From the NCBI GenBank assembly GCA_947495425.1, contig CANLYR010000022.1, positions 360-64,359 on the forward strand: 64,000 nucleotides of DNA. Reading direction: 5' to 3'. This DNA comes from an uncultured Aquimarina sp. (GTDB taxonomy: Bacteria > Bacteroidota > Bacteroidia > Flavobacteriales > Flavobacteriaceae). The notes below the pieces were generated by a model. It saw only the letters and a program-made list of their open reading frames with translations, did not search any database and was not told where the DNA came from. This document shows positions 61,674 through 64,000 of the stretch, piece after piece (position 1 is the stretch's first letter; every line of letters starts with the position of its first letter). The translations under genes and the position numbers were made by a program.

Positions 61674-62129
61674 TTATTTTAGTAATCTAGTATCAAAGGA
61701 AAAAGGTTCTACACCTAGTAATTTTACTTTATTAAATTTAGGATGTTGTGGGTTAATCAATAGATTTTGTTCTTTAGGAATAATAATACTAGGCACTTTA
61801 AGTCCTAAATATTGTTCATCGGTTATCCATTGCACCGAAAAACTCTGAACCTCTATAGGTGCAGGGATTTTATTCCAATCATTGGGTAATTCTTTTACAT
61901 CAACTTTAATAATTAGACTATCTGGTATTTCTATGGATGCAATCGCCATATCATCAGGAAAATATGCTGCTGGCAGATGTGCCAAAACCTCAAGAGCTGA
62001 GAGTGCAGCTGTTGTACTGGTATATAACATAGCTACTCCTTTTGGATTCCATCTTCCGCCAACGGTTTTTGCTCCGATTCCTGTAAGGTCTTTAATATAT
62101 TTTTGTTTCGCTATTCTGTATACTTGCAT
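61674..62129 (-). CDS. RES-domain toxin (NAD+ phosphorylase type)
   Basis: VYRI, G.GA...GGRWN.KG...Y.S......LE, VPS.I...E.N.LINP.HP. Confidence 0.92.
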   Translation of the reverse strand: MQVYRIAKQKYIKDLTGIGAKTVGGRWNPKGVAMLYTSTTAALSALEVLAHLPAAYFPDDMAIASIEIPDSLIIKVDVKELPNDWNKIPAPIEVQSFSVQWITDEQYLGLKVPSIIIPKEQNLLINPQHPKFNKVKLLGVEPFSFDTRLLK

Positions 62130-62581
62130 TATGCAAAAATTCCATGCTCTATACGCACCAATTCTTCACTAAGAAGTTGAAAGCCAAAGGTAGTATCTAA
62201 TAATTCTTTAGGTTTTTTCATGGCCAGGGCAACGCTAGGGTGCTCCATCCAGTTTTTGAAACGGTTAAGATCTCCGAATATACTCTCTCCTTTGGCATAC
62301 AGCTTGGCAAGTTGAAGAGCTTTAGCACTAGCTTCTGTACTTAATTTTTTGTTTAAATCATACCGCTGAATAGTACGCTCGGATATATGCAGTACATGAG
62401 CCAATTCTTTCAGGTCAAAATCTATTGTTTTGGCCAAATGTAATAATGCTTTTTTATCTATGCCATTTCTTGACAACTCGATGAAATCATACATATTACG
62501 CAAGGGTATATCTATATTGAGATACCGTAATAATCCCTTATTTTCAAAACTATCAAAATCTAGTGGAGATACCGCGCCCAT
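62129..62581 (-). CDS. Xre/MbcA-ParS family antitoxin
   Basis: HTH ELA.VL.ISERTIQRY plus C-terminal W...P..AL....P..LLDT..G...L..EL.RIE.G; TAATG coupling with the toxin. Confidence 0.92.
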   Translation of the reverse strand: MGAVSPLDFDSFENKGLLRYLNIDIPLRNMYDFIELSRNGIDKKALLHLAKTIDFDLKELAHVLHISERTIQRYDLNKKLSTEASAKALQLAKLYAKGESIFGDLNRFKNWMEHPSVALAMKKPKELLDTTFGFQLLSEELVRIEHGIFA

Positions 62582-62598
62582 ACTTTCTTATTTTATGA

Positions 62599-62606
62599 CA
62601 AAAATA
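62599..62606 (-). promoter_or_regulatory. Bacteroidota -7 promoter element (TATTTTTG) for the TA operon
   Basis: TAnnTTTG match 18 bp upstream of the antitoxin start. Confidence 0.55.
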
Positions 62607-62627
62607 CAAAAAATAACGACACTTGTC

Positions 62628-64000
62628 TTAATTAATTAATAAAATTGAGTCTAATTTTTTACTAACCTCGTCCAATCTTGCTTCCATAGAGCGTATTGCA
62701 ACCGTAGAAAGATATCTTCCGAGTGGTAAAACCGGTTTGATCAAAGGGTTTTGATCATCAATATTTTTGAAAGGAAGCAGAGTTATGGGCGTAGGTGTTA
62801 ATTTAATTGCACAGCAATCCCCTAGCCTTTGGATTATTTCTTGAGTATGACCATATCGTACATTTTGTAGTGTTGTTAAGGGTGCAGCAAATTGTGTTTG
62901 TGTTTTTATTATTTTTCGATCTTCATCATTAGAGATAATCAAATGCTTGATCTTCATTTTATCTCGTAGTGATGGAAAAGAATCTCGTACTATTCGTTTA
63001 AAAACTTCTTCAATACCTTTGGAAACCCTACCACCAATATTATCATAATATCCAGCATCAGCATATTGATCAGAATATGTATTGTTTGATTTTGAAATTT
63101 TCCTTACTTCACCGACTGGTGTAATGTATGGAAAGCTTGCATTTACCCTCATAGCGGTCGATAGACTAATAGACATATTAGGATAGCTAGACTGCAAATT
63201 ATCTATAAAATCATTCATTCCGGCAAATTGCTCCAAATGAGAATACCTAACAGGGCTTATCAAATTATAATTTCCGGTTTGCGTGTGTGTAGTATTAATC
63301 AAAAGTAATGGCGGAATTTTTTGACCCGTTATCTTTCCTGATGAAGTAATTGCATGACTATAAAAAGATAAAAACTCTTTTTGTAAAACAGCGTCATTCT
63401 CCTTTCTTGAGAAGTATTTTTTGTGTGCATGATCCCATTGTTCTTCTAATAATTGCCCTCTATTCTTAAAACCAAACAGACCGGTAATCTCTTTAAACAA
63501 ATCTCTACCTAATAATGACAAAAGAGCAATTGACAAATAATTCTCTTTATAGACAGCACTTGCTTTATATTTTAAATACGGATATTCATGAGGATGAGAA
63601 AACTCAAAACTGGAGGTATCAATGGTAGCGGAAGCATTTTGAGCCTCGCTAAAGAACATTGCATTTCCAACACTACCCCCAGAAGCTCCGGCAAATGAGA
63701 GTACGTTTTCTGTAAAATATTTTCCATTAGATTGTTCATATAAATAACTATGCACTAAAAAAGACCATAGACCCGCCCTAGATCCACCACCTTCTGCCGA
63801 AACTAGGATCACAGGAAAATCAGTGCTCTTATTTTTTATCAAATCTTGTCTGTTTTCGATCCATTTATACACATATGTATCCAACGTTGGTCTGGTCATT
63901 TTTGTAGGCTCTAAATCGAGGTGATAATGATCAGAGTTCTCAGAAAAGAAATGAGCAGAAAGCAAACACGAAATAAAAATAATTGAGAATAATGGTAATT
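62628..64000 (-). CDS. patatin-like phospholipase-domain membrane protein (5' end outside the window)
   Basis: EGGGSRA oxyanion motif, GASGG nucleophile elbow, ASFPY..P, DAGYYDN; frame open to the window edge. Confidence 0.85.
   Translation of the reverse strand, partial: LPLFSIIFISCLLSAHFFSENSDHYHLDLEPTKMTRPTLDTYVYKWIENRQDLIKNKSTDFPVILVSAEGGGSRAGLWSFLVHSYLYEQSNGKYFTENVLSFAGASGGSVGNAMFFSEAQNASATIDTSSFEFSHPHEYPYLKYKASAVYKENYLSIALLSLLGRDLFKEITGLFGFKNRGQLLEEQWDHAHKKYFSRKENDAVLQKEFLSFYSHAITSSGKITGQKIPPLLLINTTHTQTGNYNLISPVRYSHLEQFAGMNDFIDNLQSSYPNMSISLSTAMRVNASFPYITPVGEVRKISKSNNTYSDQYADAGYYDNIGGRVSKGIEEVFKRIVRDSFPSLRDKMKIKHLIISNDEDRKIIKTQTQFAAPLTTLQNVRYGHTQEIIQRLGDCCAIKLTPTPITLLPFKNIDDQNPLIKPVLPLGRYLSTVAIRSMEARLDEVSKKLDSILLIN

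Noticed and set aside
1..64000. Many 60-150-aa antisense ORFs in the supplied track, and any rRNA, tRNA, prophage or integrase genes
   Set aside because: The antisense ORFs lie opposite well-supported genes and lack motifs; no RNA-gene or phage hallmark was recognised by eye.

Overview
AT-rich chromosomal window from a marine Flavobacteriaceae-like bacterium (Bacteroidota). This is inferred from a T9SS cargo protein, TAnnTTTG -7 promoter elements and the Bacteroidota-type arg operon. Bases ~1-17000 are accessory DNA: Hsp20, a GNAT, mgtE/mscS, a cassette-like island bounded by imperfect hairpins that carries a GHKL-kinase/STAS/membrane trio, an orphan helical gene followed by a 21-bp-phased inverted repeat array, a T9SS beta-helix protein, a REP mosaic and a subtilisin. 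The rest is mostly core metabolism on the minus strand: an acetate uptake/sensing/acs cluster, the arg operon with an unannotated Arg-containing leader peptide, the ilvDBNCA operon with two tandem Ile/Val attenuators, a four-gene small-protein/7TM/HK/RR cassette with twin palindromic boxes, pxpABC-NRAMP, comM, lysC, an M13 peptidase, a RES-Xre TA pair and a truncated patatin-like gene. The best candidate for an undescribed system is the 9881-10582 gene plus its downstream ~270-nt periodic hairpin array. No rRNA, tRNA, CRISPR or integrase was seen. All calls come from reading the sequence; no database searches were run.
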